Positions 34,905-49,144 of a stretch of 64,000 nt of DNA are shown piece after piece. The notes beneath the pieces were generated by a model. That model made no database searches and was not told the DNA's origin. It worked only from the letters and a program-made list of their open reading frames with translations. Numbering within the stretch: the first letter of the stretch is position 1; the number at the start of each line of letters is the position of its first letter. A program made the position numbers and the translations under genes. Source of the stretch: Utricularia gibba (taxonomy: Eukaryota; Plantae; Magnoliophyta); assembly GCA_002189035.1 (NCBI GenBank), contig NEEC01000019.1, forward strand, positions 1,488,001 to 1,552,000, written 5' to 3'.

Positions 34905-37238
34905 AGTTGATCGATAGATATCTCACCTGTTCTAATTTCACAACTCCTCTAGTCAAATCAATTTATAGTACTCAAAGGAAACCGAAGCTGGGCCCCATCG
35001 TTCTTCTGGTCGGGACGCGTTCGTTAGGATGTGACGTGTAACGCGTACGATAAAAATATAATATCATGGTTTTGAATTTTCTTCTTTTTTTTTGGCGTAC
35101 GACATACAAAGGTGCCAAACCATTTGCGAAATATATATTTTATTAAAAATAAATATGTTTATAAAATTTTCAAAAAAAAACCCCCGTTCAATTTATATTC
35201 AGTTTTGCTATCCAATTCTATTCCAAGAAAATTGGAAAAGTTAAAAATACTTTACATTTTTTAAAGCCTAAAAAAATGTGACCGAAGGAGTTGTTTTAAA
35301 AAATAAATTAGGTCGCGAAGCGTTCGTAAGAATGTGACGTGTGACGAGTACGAGAAAAATATAACGGATTGAAAAATAAAAAGGAAGCAATTCAATGCGA
35401 GTGACATTCTCTAAGATTCATTGGATTCTGGATCCAAGATACAAAGGTGCTGACAGGGCATTCAGATGAACAGAAGGATTCAATTCAAGCAAATCAGGTG
35501 ATCAACGACGACGGTTCAGAGAAACCTTGACTCTTGCGCGACAGAGGGGGCATTTGTCCTTAGCTTCCAGCCATTTTTTGATGCATGCGGAATGAAACTC
35601 ATGTTGGCAGTCCAGGATTCCGATCATGCCGCCGTCGTCGTCGCAGAGGCCCTCCTGACAAACGACGCAGATGTTGGACTGCCCCTCTTCATCAATGGCT
35701 TCAATTTCCCAATTGTTCTTCAGTGTCATGCTCTCCATTAGTATCCTCTGATACCTCCTCAGTAACCTTTCTTGATGTTCGTCATGCGCAGGTTCATCCT
35801 CCTCGATCTCCTCCGCGAAGGCCGCGTCCTCCGTCTCGCTGCTCCTCTGGTTCGAACCAACCTCATTGCCCTCAACGATGGGTTTGTCCAGAACCTCCAG
35901 TTCTTCATCGGAGGAAATACTCTCACTACGAGGAAACATCACATAGCACCAAAAGCCTCTGAAACGTGGCACGAAGGGTGGAGCGTCGGGATTCAACCCG
36001 TAAGTAGCTTCGGAAATCTGTGGAACGACGGACTGTGTGAAACTTGATGTCACGTATGGAGGAGCATGGATATTCATCGGGAAAGGAGCAGGCACGACAG
36101 GAGGGGCCAGGGGATCCAACCCGTAAGGAGCTTCGAAAATCTGTGGAAGTATGAACTCCCTCAAACTTAGTGGCACGTATGGAGGAGCATGGATATTCAT
36201 CGGGAAAGTCGCAGGCACGGAAGGAGGGGCCAGGGGATCCAACCCCTGAGGAGCTTCGAAAATCTGTGGAAGTATGAACTCCCTCAAACTTAGTGGCACG
36301 TATGGAGGAGCATGGATATTCATCGGGAAAGGCGCAGACACGAAAGGAGCGGCCAGGCGATCCATTGGAAAAACAAGTCGGCAAGAGGGGGTTAGAGTAG
36401 TCTGAAGAATTACTCTCACGAAAACAACCCTTTTTATAGGGATTCAGATGCCTCACTTCCGCTGAAATATGGAAACATTAGGATTAGTAATGAAATACGG
36501 ATATCACTGTAAACTAGTAAATGTTGCCATGTAATATAATATAATTAAAATATTATATAGTATAATCAGTTTTCATTAGTGTTAAATATAATCAGGTTTT
36601 CATTAAAATATAGATTACTTCTTCATGATTTTATTAATTATAAATAATAAAAAATAGAAAAAAATCAATAAATCTGCCAAAATTACATATTCCAACAATC
36701 ATGAAAATCTTATGATTAAAAAATACAAACATCAAACATGAATAAAGTAATTTTTTTTTAAAAAAAGAACACCACAATGCACAAGTGATCAAGTCAGTTT
36801 ATCAATAAAATAGATAAATAAATTATTTTATTTTATATTTAAAATAAATAATTAAATTTTTGAATTTTTCAACAAAAACGTTAAGTATTTTTATATTTTT
36901 TAAAATATGCATGCAATTGTTAAACTAGTTTATTAAATATATATTATTATTAATATATAGATATTTAAATAATAAAAACTATATACCAAGCAACACTTTA
37001 AGGTTATCTTAATTATAGTTCATACTTGCTATATTTATTTTATGATTTAATGTAATATTCATATTTAATATCATCAATTAAAAAATAAATTTATTATTTT
37101 AAAAATCAGAATATCTATCGTTTCTCATGATTGATACAATAAGATATCCCAAATCTTTGGGTTAGACTTTTGGTATAGAAAAGAAAAATATATAATTTTT
37201 AATTATGTTTTATTTTTTACTAATTAATATAAATTTAG
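34347..37238 (-). repeat. Right (source) arm of the inverted segmental duplication
   Basis: Reverse complement of 26810-29359, with an extra ~300 bp at ~35010-35340. Confidence 0.9.
35502..36365 (-). CDS. Intronless PAM2-repeat RING-H2 E3 ligase (copy 2), identical to copy 1
   Basis: Same 287-aa protein; the reverse complement matched copy 1 base-for-base in a manual line-by-line comparison. Confidence 0.88.
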   Translation of the reverse strand: MDRLAAPFVSAPFPMNIHAPPYVPLSLREFILPQIFEAPQGLDPLAPPSVPATFPMNIHAPPYVPLSLREFILPQIFEAPYGLDPLAPPVVPAPFPMNIHAPPYVTSSFTQSVVPQISEATYGLNPDAPPFVPRFRGFWCYVMFPRSESISSDEELEVLDKPIVEGNEVGSNQRSSETEDAAFAEEIEEDEPAHDEHQERLLRRYQRILMESMTLKNNWEIEAIDEEGQSNICVVCQEGLCDDDGGMIGILDCQHEFHSACIKKWLEAKDKCPLCRARVKVSLNRRR

Positions 37239-37773
37239 AGTAATAATGTTAAATCATATTAATAAATACATACAATATATTATTGAATTATGCTATTGTT
37301 TTGATGCATTTATATGTATTTATCTTCATCTTCTCCGTTGATCCTGGAGCACGTGTCCTTCGGGACTCCTCACGTGGATCCAAGAAGAGTGATGATTGCC
37401 TTGCGCGACTGAAGATGAAAAGCGGGCACATTCCGAAAATTCTTTCCTAATGATTGTGGTGCTGACACCTAAGGCCTAATCCAAAATTCCTTCCAGAAGT
37501 CAATGCAGAGCATATTTTTTAAATGGGAAATGCAACAATCATCCTGCCTGATACGACGCTATGGATCGAATCAATCTTCTGTTTCAAATCAGCACCATTG
37601 ATTGATCTCATCCATGACTTCTAATGGACCACTGATCGCAGTGCAGTGTGTACTCTTGGGGATGATATATACCAGTCACGTTTCTCAATTTTGTTTTCAA
37701 TATTCTTACGGCTTCTCGTGAGCTACTTTCTGTCGCCTTCTCTTTTGTTTTCTGTGTGTCCGACCAGTTGGGT

Positions 37774-40463
37774 ATGGGGGATCTGCGAAGAGGTTCATCG
37801 CTTCTACTTCTTGTGTTGATCGCATTAGCTGTTGCTGTTCATTCCCAAGATGGAGATTTTTTGAGTAGAAGAAGTTTGTTGGCAAATGGGCTTGCGGCCA
37901 CTCCTCAAATGGGGTGGGCACCTTTTTCTTATCTTTTTTCTATTTGGGGTGAACTGTGTTCTGGGTTGTGCAGAATCATGACTGTGCGATGGTTTTTATT
38001 ACGCCGATGTACTTTTTGTTTGTCATCCATCCATTTGTTGAAAATGATGTTTCTGGAAACTGTTTTCTGGGGTCTGCCAGATTTTGCTAGTGTTCCTCAT
38101 CTTTCTGGCTTTGGAAATCATTTTTATCCATTGCATACTCTGTTCTCTTAATGTTATTGTGATCTTGTCGTTGAGGAAAGGATAATCTCTTCTTATTTTG
38201 CCTTTGCTGGGGTTTCACTTTTCAGGTGGAACAGTTGGAATCATTTTGCGTGTCACGTTGACGAAAAGATGATCAGAGAAACAGGTTTGCGACATCTTCT
38301 GGAGCCTCTTGTATTCAAATCGTCTTTCGCAACAGGGGAAGTTCCCTTGCTATATCCTTTTCATTACTTGTTCCAACACAACGATTTTGTTTTGGTCAGC
38401 GGATGCTTTGGTTTCTACTGGGCTTTCGAAGCTCGGTTATGTCTACGTCAATATTGGTATGTTCTTAGAGTTTGGAAATTGTTTCCACATTTCCTTGTCA
38501 TGAATGCTGGTATTCTTTGTTCCCAGATGACTGCTGGGCCGAGATTTTTCGTGATGACAAGGTTTGGTTCATTCGAATAATCGAACAACTGTGATATATG
38601 TCCAATGTTTTAGCTCCTGATTCATGGAAATTCACTCTCAGGGCAATCTTGTCCCAAGGAAGACTACCTTTCCTTCTGGAATGAAGGCATTGGCTGATTA
38701 TGTTCATAGCAAGGGGCTTAAGCTCGGGATATATTCAGACGCAGGGTAATCTAAATTCAACTTTGTGTTTGATATCAGGCTTCAAACTAGATAACTTCAG
38801 CTGTTCATTGGAATCTCTCAGGTAGAGTGACTGTTCTTACTGTGTTTTCTTTTCCTTTGGCAGAACTTACACCTGCAGCAAGACAATGCCTGGCTCACTT
38901 GGACATGAAGAACAAGATGCAAGCACCTTCGCATCTTGGGTAAGGATCGTTGTGTTGCAAATTCTGTTATCGATTGCTGTATTGCAGTTTGTGGTTTGGA
39001 AACCGGAACTTCATCCCTAGATTTTATTGCAAGAATCTCCACCCACAGAACTGACTTCCCTTCTGCATGATACTGTCTTTCAGGGTATAGATTACTTGAA
39101 GTATGACAACTGCAACAACAAAGAAATCAAGCCTATCATAAGGTACAGAATTTCTGTTTGCAATGCCAGACTCTCTGTACTCATTAAAAAGATTTGAGCT
39201 CCTGGATCTGTTCTTCATTCAAATGTCTATCTGTGCATTTGGATATGCAGATATCCCGTGATGACAAGGGCCCTGATGAAAACAGGGAGGCCAATCTTTT
39301 TCTCTCTCTGTGAATGGTGATTCTCGCTTACTACACAGCCTGCATTTTTTACCCCTTCTCGCATCTCACTTCTGTTCAACGACAGGGGAGACATGCATCC
39401 TGCTCTGTGGGGTGCCAACATTGGAAACAGTTGGAGAACCACGAATGACATTGCTGATAACTGGGACAGGTATGGATGTGCCTTTTACCTTTGAAAACAT
39501 ACAGAGGTTGCTTGGTAGAATCTGATCATGAGCGGCTCTCTTCTTCCAATCTGATGATCCTGCAACAGCATGGTCTCCAGAGCTGATCAGAATGAAGTCT
39601 ATGCAGACTACGCAAGGCCTGGTGGCTGGAATGGTTGGCCTTATAGATGAATCAAACATTTTGGAACACATTACTTAAACACAGATTCATTGCAGATCCT
39701 GACATGCTTGAGGTTGGAAACGGAGGGATGTCCAAGGATGAATACATAGTCCATTTCAGCCTATGGGCAATATCCAAGGTCTGTGTACAGTTTACTGGAG
39801 TAGACTCCACCGCATCTGTGTTCTCTGTTTCATCCTTTTCATCTTTCATGCCAGGCTCCTCTGCTGATTGGTTGCGACGTGCGAAACATGACTAAGGACA
39901 CTGTGGAAATCATTGGAAATAAGGAGGTTATAGCAGTTAACCAGGGTACAAGCAAAACCACTTCTCTGAATAGCAGCTGCCTGCTCTTCCTCTGTTCATC
40001 CTCATCCATAATAATCATTCTTGTTGCAGACAAGCTGGGGGTTCAAGCTAAGAAGGTCCGAATGGAGGGCGATCTCGAGGCAAGTCATGTTATTCATGGC
40101 CTCCAAAACGATCCTTGAAACTCAACTCCCAGTTTACAGGTTTGGGCAGGGCCTCTGTCTGACTACAGAGTGGTAGTTGTGCTCCTGAATCGAGCTCTCC
40201 TCCCGTACACCATCACTGCTCACTGGGACGATATCGGCATCCCCGTCAAGAGCTCTGTAGTCGCAAGAGACTTGTGGAAGGTAACCAACCCCCCTCCAGC
40301 AGCTCCCCACACTAATCCATCTCCTTCCTGTTGATAACTCCCTTTTGGTGGATTGTTGTCGCGTTGGCAGCACGAGACGCTGAAACAGAGGTTTGTGGGT
40401 AAGCTGACAGCAACACTTGATCCACATTCCTGCAAGATGTACATTTTGAAGCCTGTCGCCTGA
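37774..40463 (+). CDS. AGAL1-like: Alpha-galactosidase (GH27), secreted, about 15 exons
   Basis: Signal peptide; [13 protein letters not shown]|WNSWNHF; DDCWAE; [10 protein letters not shown]; [12 protein letters not shown]; ends [12 protein letters not shown]. Confidence 0.95.
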
Positions 40464-42318
40464 GCATTCTTCTCTGGTCTTCGGAGTTGAAACAGAGACA
40501 GAGATATTCAGCTCTGGCTTCTGATTCAATCCTTGCTACATGAATAAAAGCTACTGTCATTCTCACGAAATCAACCAATGCACCATTAACACTCAACAAG
40601 GTTTGAGAACACACAACTCACCTGAGTTGTTCTGAAAACTGACACAATTGACCTGCAAGTTGTGCGTGTGCAATGTGATTCTGCACACAAACGTGCCACC
40701 ATAAAGATGAATGAATGAGCACAGGCTGCACATCCATGGATCAAAACGAATCGGGTCGGGTCGAACCAAACCCAAACCACACAAATTGGTTTAGTGGAGG
40801 ATTACCAGCCAAACCAAACCACAAAACCAAATCATTAAATGGGTAAAAAAAGTCAAAACCAACCAAACCAGTTTCTGATTGGGAGTTACGCCAACAAATC
40901 TACCATTTTGGGTGGACGTACACGTGGCGGTTCGTCAACGGGATGGATTATGTATGACACAACATTTTTTATGTTAATTCACCTAACTTTTAAATTATCC
41001 GAATTGGAAAATAATAATAAATAAATACGTCACCCGGTAGCCGGCCAGGTTAGCTATTGGATTAGATGGACCACTTTACCCTTTGAAAATCTTCTCCACG
41101 TTTTCCACATGATCCAAAACGGGATATTAATTATAATAATTATTAAAATTGACATTGGATAATAATTATTACACAAAGACGACAAGAATCCTTCTCAAAC
41201 AAGGCTGAGGCTGTCCATTACTGAGACAAGACTGACGAGCCCCACCCGAATCCCATCATGCCCGACCCGAACAAAAAAAAAAGTTTATATTTATTTGAAT
41301 TTTTTATTTTAAAATAGCAAGAAAATTTGATTTTAAGCGTGTGGATGTGACGGGGGCTGAGCTGACCCATTCCCCGTGGGGGAGGGATCCTTTTTTGGGG
41401 CTGCCCATGAGTCAAACCTCCCGTTGACGCTTTGACCTTTCCTTTTAAAAACTATTTTCTTAATATTTCTCCAAATAATTAATTATTGAAAATTAATGTT
41501 CTGTGCAATAATCAGGAAAGAGTAAATGGGCTCTTAATCAAGGAATTAATAATTAAAAATAAATAAATATTTTAAGTATTATTATGAGAAAAAAAACTCT
41601 GAAAATCGTCATCGGTTTGGGTAGTGGCCCTGGAGCAGCGGAGTGGCGGTTGATAGAAATCGTGGGTGTGGCAGAAAAGACGTTATCTTTCTTTCTACGT
41701 GTTGAAGTTTTCTTTTCTACTGGTTTTCAAGGGAAACGTCTATTGTGTCTTCTCTGCCACCGCGTTTTGCATAGTTAGCAATACAGTTTACACGTATATA
41801 TATACATCGGCACACCATTCTGCGTTTTGGGACATCAATTGATTCTTGAATTCCTAGAAGCGACACTCGATCTCTTGCTTTACGAGGAAAACAAACTTTT
41901 CTTAGCTTTCAGATATCCGAATCCCTCGTGTGTAAGTCTCTTTTGAACAACCCCTTTTCGAATATTCTCTCGAATGCCAACTATCTCATCGTTTCTGGCT
42001 AAAGATTGCCTCTTTCGATCGGTGTTTCTTCAAAGACTACATATTTCGATGTGGGTTCTCTTGTTTTCTTGTTGGGTTTATGCTTTTTATTGAGATGAAA
42101 GCCCCAGAATTGACTGTTATGTTCGGTATTGGCTGCTGAATACTTTTCCGTGTTCCCGTTTTTATTGTTTTTTTTAATCAAATGTTTCTGTAGCTTTATT
42201 CTTATCTTTACAAATTGGCGGCTTCTAGCACATCTTTGTTGATTCGATCTCTTTGGTGGTTGATAACTATAAACAGAACCAGACAACCAGAGCCAGGAGC
42301 TTGCCAAATTCTCTTGCC

Positions 42319-43589
42319 ATGGGGGATCATTTCGTTTTTCTAGTTGATCGTTTGCTCACGGAGTCGACGCTAGAGGCTGCAATCCGAAGTGGGAACATGC
42401 TAAAACAGGCAGCTTCTGCCACGATCACCGATTCCGATGCCGAATTCTCGGAAAACTGTTCGTCGCCTAGTAAGCTAGCTGAGTGCAGGATATGTCTTGA
42501 TGAAGACGCGGTTTCACGCATGGAAGCTCCGTGTTCCTGCTCGGGGAGCTTAAAGGTACGTTTTGCTGCTTTCTAACTCTGAGATGAACTTCGCTGCTCA
42601 TCTTGATTTCCATGGTTTTTCTTTCCAGTTTGCTCACAGGAGATGTGTACAGAAGTGGTGCAACGAGAAGGGGAATACAACTTGTGAAATATGTCATCAG
42701 GTAAGCGTGTGCTTCAGAGATTTCTGTTTCATCGAAATATTCGACTCTTCCTGATTCATATGTGTTTTCCAGCAATTCAAGCCTGGATATGTTGCACCTC
42801 CCCCTCTGTTTCGGTATCCGATGGAATTCAGGTAGTTCACCTTTTCATGTCTGTATAGACATGGAGCATGTAGTTCTTTTTTCTTTCTTTTCACCAGCAT
42901 CTGTTGGTTCCTTTCAGGAGAAACTGGAGAATCGTCAGAAGAAATGTGGACAATCAGGAAATCATCGCAATGGTCTCAACAGATCCAACTTTTATTGATA
43001 TGGATGACAGCAACTACGCCATCTCTTCATCATCACGCAGAACAGTATTATGCCGTGCAGTGGCCACAATAGTAAGTTTCTATGTCCTGAACTGATAGCT
43101 TTGATGAATGCAATATCTAATCCATCTAATTAACTGTACGATTGGTTTTCTTCAGTTCATGGCTCTGCTAATCCTGGGACACACTCTTCTTGTTGGGGAT
43201 CCAGCCGAGAGCTACACTTTTCCATTGTTCATGGTAAGAAGTTAGCTTCTTCAAGAGTAGAAATTGTGAGAAAAGCGCTGCAGTATTGACTTTAATCGTT
43301 TGTCAAATACAGATCTTGATGCTGGGAATTACTGGGATTCTTTTGTCTGTATGCATAATACTGAAAACAATGATCTCCTTTCTAGCGCAACGGGATCAAC
43401 AGGTAAAGCCTAGCTACAGTCCCTACATTCGGTGATAGATGTGAACGCAGCCTGAATCGCCTTGCAACAAGATGACAATGTGCTTTTGTTGACTTACAGG
43501 CAAGTCTTAGTCTCTACCAACCTGCATCTGCTGAAGAAGATGACTTGGTGAATCATCCGCAACAGCAGCACATTATTGCAATACAATAG
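42319..43589 (+). CDS. RING-CH (RINGv/MARCH-like) membrane E3 ligase, DUF3675 type
   Basis: [22 protein letters not shown]; ECRICLDED....[12 protein letters not shown]|[24 protein letters not shown]; two C-terminal hydrophobic segments. Confidence 0.92.
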
Positions 43590-44207
43590 CAGGCCAAAGG
43601 TGCAAACAAATGGAGTTAATCTACTAGCTGAATGCTGCTGCTGTTAAAGAAGCAGGCAGCTATACACAAAACCAAACAAGACAGAAGAACCTAAAGAAAA
43701 CGTATGGAGCTTGAAGGTGATGTAGGTAGTTCATGTAGAGGTGTATCAGATCGGATACATCGGAAGTAAACATAAAGAAGGTGTGAAGTTCGAAAAAGGA
43801 TGTCTATAGATCCATGAATATATATACTTTCTATAAGATTCAAGTTTAAGGATATGCAGCTATAGTGTAATAGCATGTTGAGTAGTATCTATATAAATTA
43901 TACACCAGCAATCATTATCCAATCTTCAACACCACCTAAAAGATTTCACTGGATATGATGATAAACATGGACCATGTTAAGATAATGACTTTCTTCATCA
44001 ACCACTAGCAAACAAAATGTATGTTTCATCACTGTGTTATCATATCAGTCAATGAGAAATCAATGCCCTCACGCAAAGCAAAATTCAAAGAACTTAGTAG
44101 TAATAGAAGGCTCCACGTTCATCCTGATACAGACACTAGATAATTGGTTGATCCAATCCAAAATTTTCATCCTCAATGGATGGTGACATTGATGCTAAGC
44201 GTAGATA

Positions 44208-45058
44208 TCAGAATCTATTCCTCAAGTCATTGTAACAAAAGGCATCTTCCTGCAATTCATTCCCAATTTTAGTCTTCACAGTGATACCATCAACACCAGC
44301 AACGATCAAAGAGGTCGCCAAGCCGATGAACATCCCATGCTCAACAATTCCAGGAAGCCTCAAAATTGCATCACTTGCTTCATTAAGGTCACCAATCACT
44401 CTTTGAAAGTACAAGTCAATGATGTAGTTCCCATTGTCAGTCACATATGGCTGCCCAGTTTCAGAAGATTTTCTCAACTTCCCAACACAGCCTGCATCAC
44501 GAAACAAAGCAACAAGCCTGTTCAAAGAATGCTTCCAACAGAAGGGAATAACCTCCACGGGCATGGCCAGTCCGCTCCCCCCTACATAATTGACCAACTT
44601 CGATTCATCGACTATGACAATGAATCTCCTGCTTGCTGACTCCACCATTTTCTCCCTCAACAAAGAACCCCCTCGCCCCTTAACCAAATTCATAAAAGGG
44701 TCAACCTCATCTGCCCCATCAATAGCTAAATCAACCACGGGATGTGAATCAAGATCAGATAATGGAATGCCCAAGGAAACAGCTTGCTGGTGAGTTATCG
44801 TTGAAGTAGGTATCCCACGATATCCTTCAGCTTCCCCTGTTTCAGAAGCTGCCCAATTCTCTCTACAGCATGCTTTGCAGTGGAGCCTGTGCCTAGCCCC
44901 ACAACCATACCAGATTCAACATACTCCACAGCCTTGTAAGCAGCAATCTTCTTCAAATCATCCTGGGTGAGGCTCACTGCTAAACAAGGGGAAGAAGAAA
45001 CGGCCGAGGAAACCATAATCTTAGCCTGCTCGTAAGACTCCGTGTAGGCTGCAGTCAT
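44208..45058 (-). CDS. RPI: Ribose-5-phosphate isomerase A, intronless (1-nt deletion at 44814-44816)
   Basis: LTQDDLKKIAAYKAVEYVESGMVVGLGTGSTAKHAV; DLAIDGADEVDP..NLVKGRGGSLLREKMVE; PGIVEHGMF. Confidence 0.95.
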
Positions 45059-45285
45059 AGCCTCAAGTGCAATCCAAGCAATTGGTTAGTAAAAATCCAG
45101 TAAACGCCAATATGTACTTTTCAACGATTGATTGGGATCTCAAAGGATGACAACCCTTTCACGTATGGCTAGGTTTTATCATCCCAACGAAGAAATCTGA
45201 TCGTCCGATTCATCTTCCACGATTTGCCTGACAGAATTAGGGCTTGGGAGTGGAGGCGCTTTTAGTAGGCGGTTCATGTTTTAAA

Positions 45286-45376
45286 TTATATATATATATA
45301 TATAATATTTAATTAGATTTTAGATGAGGTTTATGTTTAAATATATATATATATATATATATTTTATATATATATA
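45286..45376. repeat. Interrupted (AT)n microsatellites upstream of RPI
   Basis: Direct reading of the sequence. Confidence 0.8.
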
Positions 45377-45888
45377 TTTTACCATCATATAGATATACAT
45401 AATTTAAATATTATATAACTTATGCAATTATTCAAAATAATAAATGAATACATTATACATTCATACTAATTTAAATCTCCAAATATATTCATAATTCTTA
45501 GCTATAATTATTAATAGTTCATTAATTACCTCTTATTCAATAATTATGATTTTAAATATACAATTTATTTGAACTGTTTACAAAAATTCAACATGTATAT
45601 GTATATTAGTTGTATATTAAATGGAACTTCGGCCCAAAAGTATATACGAAACGGCTATAAATAAAATCTTGTGATAACCAAATTTATAATAAATCATAAA
45701 AATTTTATGATTTATACAGTTAAGATATAATTTTTAACAGTTACTGTTAAAAAACTGTTTAATAAAAAGTTACTGTACATTACCGAGCACAGTAAATTTC
45801 ATCAGTTTCAGTTCAGGTACAACAGCGAAGACGATATGCAATCGCAGGAAACAAGAGGATGCTATGGTGAGAAGAAAACGAAGCAAGA

Positions 45889-46931
45889 TCAAGAGGTTTT
45901 CTTGTTCATATTTTGTGCAAGCTGCTTCATTTGAAATCTCCAGAAGGCGAAATACGCCAATCCCAAACCAATCGCCACGTAAATCCACACGTTCTCTTCT
46001 TTCCTCTCTGATTCTGCGACCGCCTCTGCTATGCTGAATTCATCTCTTTCAGAAACCCCATCGCCCACATGCCCATACAAAACGTACACCCTGTTCTCCG
46101 CTCCGGCTGCCACCGCCGTGCCTTGTCTTTCTCCGTCGAGTTTGGTTTCGTCGATCACAGCACCTGCACTCCAGCTGTCGTCGCTCTTGATGAAGTACAC
46201 CTTATTCTCCGGGACAACACCGATACGATGCCGTTCTTCCTCAAGGAGATACCCCCATTTTCAACAATTGGTAACTCCTTGTTCAGGGTCACCGCCTTCG
46301 CGGACCCATCGTCGGTGTTGACCTTGAATAGCTTACCGGAGTCTGATTTGGCAACAAGAAGATACCCCTTGGGATTGTAAACGACGCCGTTTAGGCCCGA
46401 TTTTAGGGATTTGAACGCCACTGATCTGGACAAGATTGTCGCCTCGCCTTGCTCGGTGACTTTGTAGATGACGTCGTTGGCGGAATCTGTGACGTACGCA
46501 TTCCCGGAGTAATCCACCGAGACGTCATTCGCCGCGACGGTTGACGGGAGGAGATCGTCCAGCGGTGCGATGAAGCGGAGGGTGAAAGAAGGCAAGTCAT
46601 AGGCGGTGATAGCCGAGTACGGAGGGGAGTCGCGGCGGATGACGGCTAGAAGGCGATGGTGTCGAGGATCGAGAGAGACACTCCGGAAGGAGGAATCGGA
46701 CGGCAGCGAACCCGAATCGGAGGGTAGCAGGAGGGACGAGACAACCCCGGCGTCAGATACGGAGATCAGTTGGGAGCGGCGGATGGAGGCGACGATGAAG
46801 TGCTCGGATTTGGGGTCCCACGTGAAGCGCCCCGGAGAGAGATCCGTCCACCTGAAATCAATGACGTGGTGGTTTCGGCAATGAATCTGAGTGATCAGGA
46901 AGACGAGAACGACGACGAATTTGTTCACCAT
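45889..46931 (-). CDS. Secreted/membrane-anchored beta-propeller protein (NHL / SMP-30 / phosphotriesterase-like), intronless (1-nt deletion at 46211-46213)
   Basis: Signal peptide; FTWDPKSEHFIVAS....ISVSDAGVV; ANDVSVDYSGNAYVTDS; GLNGVVYNPKGYLLV; C-terminal TM VWIYVAIGLGLAYFAFWRFQMKQL. Confidence 0.85.
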
Positions 46932-47287
46932 CGTCTGCAACCAACTTGAATTCGCGAATCACTTTCCTCTTCTTCAGGTGCGATCGGCGGTGCAGATGCA
47001 ACCAACTATCCCGTACATCGCCGTTTTGTGCCGGTGGCCCAGCCCTAGTATGCCCTTGAGCTATTTTCCGTCCAGGCCCAATGGGTCTCCAATCCACTAA
47101 TCTCAGCCATATATAATCTTCTATATTATTTGCCAAGTTGAGAGCTTGCGAAGTTTTATCTTGGAATTATTCGCATGCTAACATCAAATGTTGGAACGTG
47201 GATGACTGGTATCCCCGAGGCCAATTTGTCTTCTCCTCTATAGAGTTCCAAACCCAATTGATTTGCATCCAAAAGAAGGGAAATTGG

Positions 47288-48785
<1,498 letters not shown>

Positions 48786-49144
48786 GTTCTCAAGGGAGTT
48801 GACTGCAACCAGGCAGAAGTCTTTGCATCCTCCATTAACTTGTTTATCTTCAAAAAGTAATTTGCTTCACGCTTCATAGACACACTCTGTTGTGACTTCG
48901 TCATGTATCGAAACAGTCTCAGTTTGTTATCTATGATCACATCATTTTCTCAATGATCTATTCTATAATCCACAGGATCTTACTGTTAGCTTCAAATTCG
49001 ATGCTTCTGCAATTTCTCATAAAACTTTGATATCTGTGCAACGGTTGTTCTCTTTTTTAGATAGTAAACTGCACTGGGGACTCTTCAATGAAAGCTGTTA
49101 CATTGTTGAAATTACTAGGAAATACATAGTTTTGGCTTCCTGGA

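Noticed and set aside
40735-41410. MITE-like remnants with AAACCAAACC / CCCGACCCG motifs
   Set aside because: No paired termini or TSD could be located, so they cannot be delimited.
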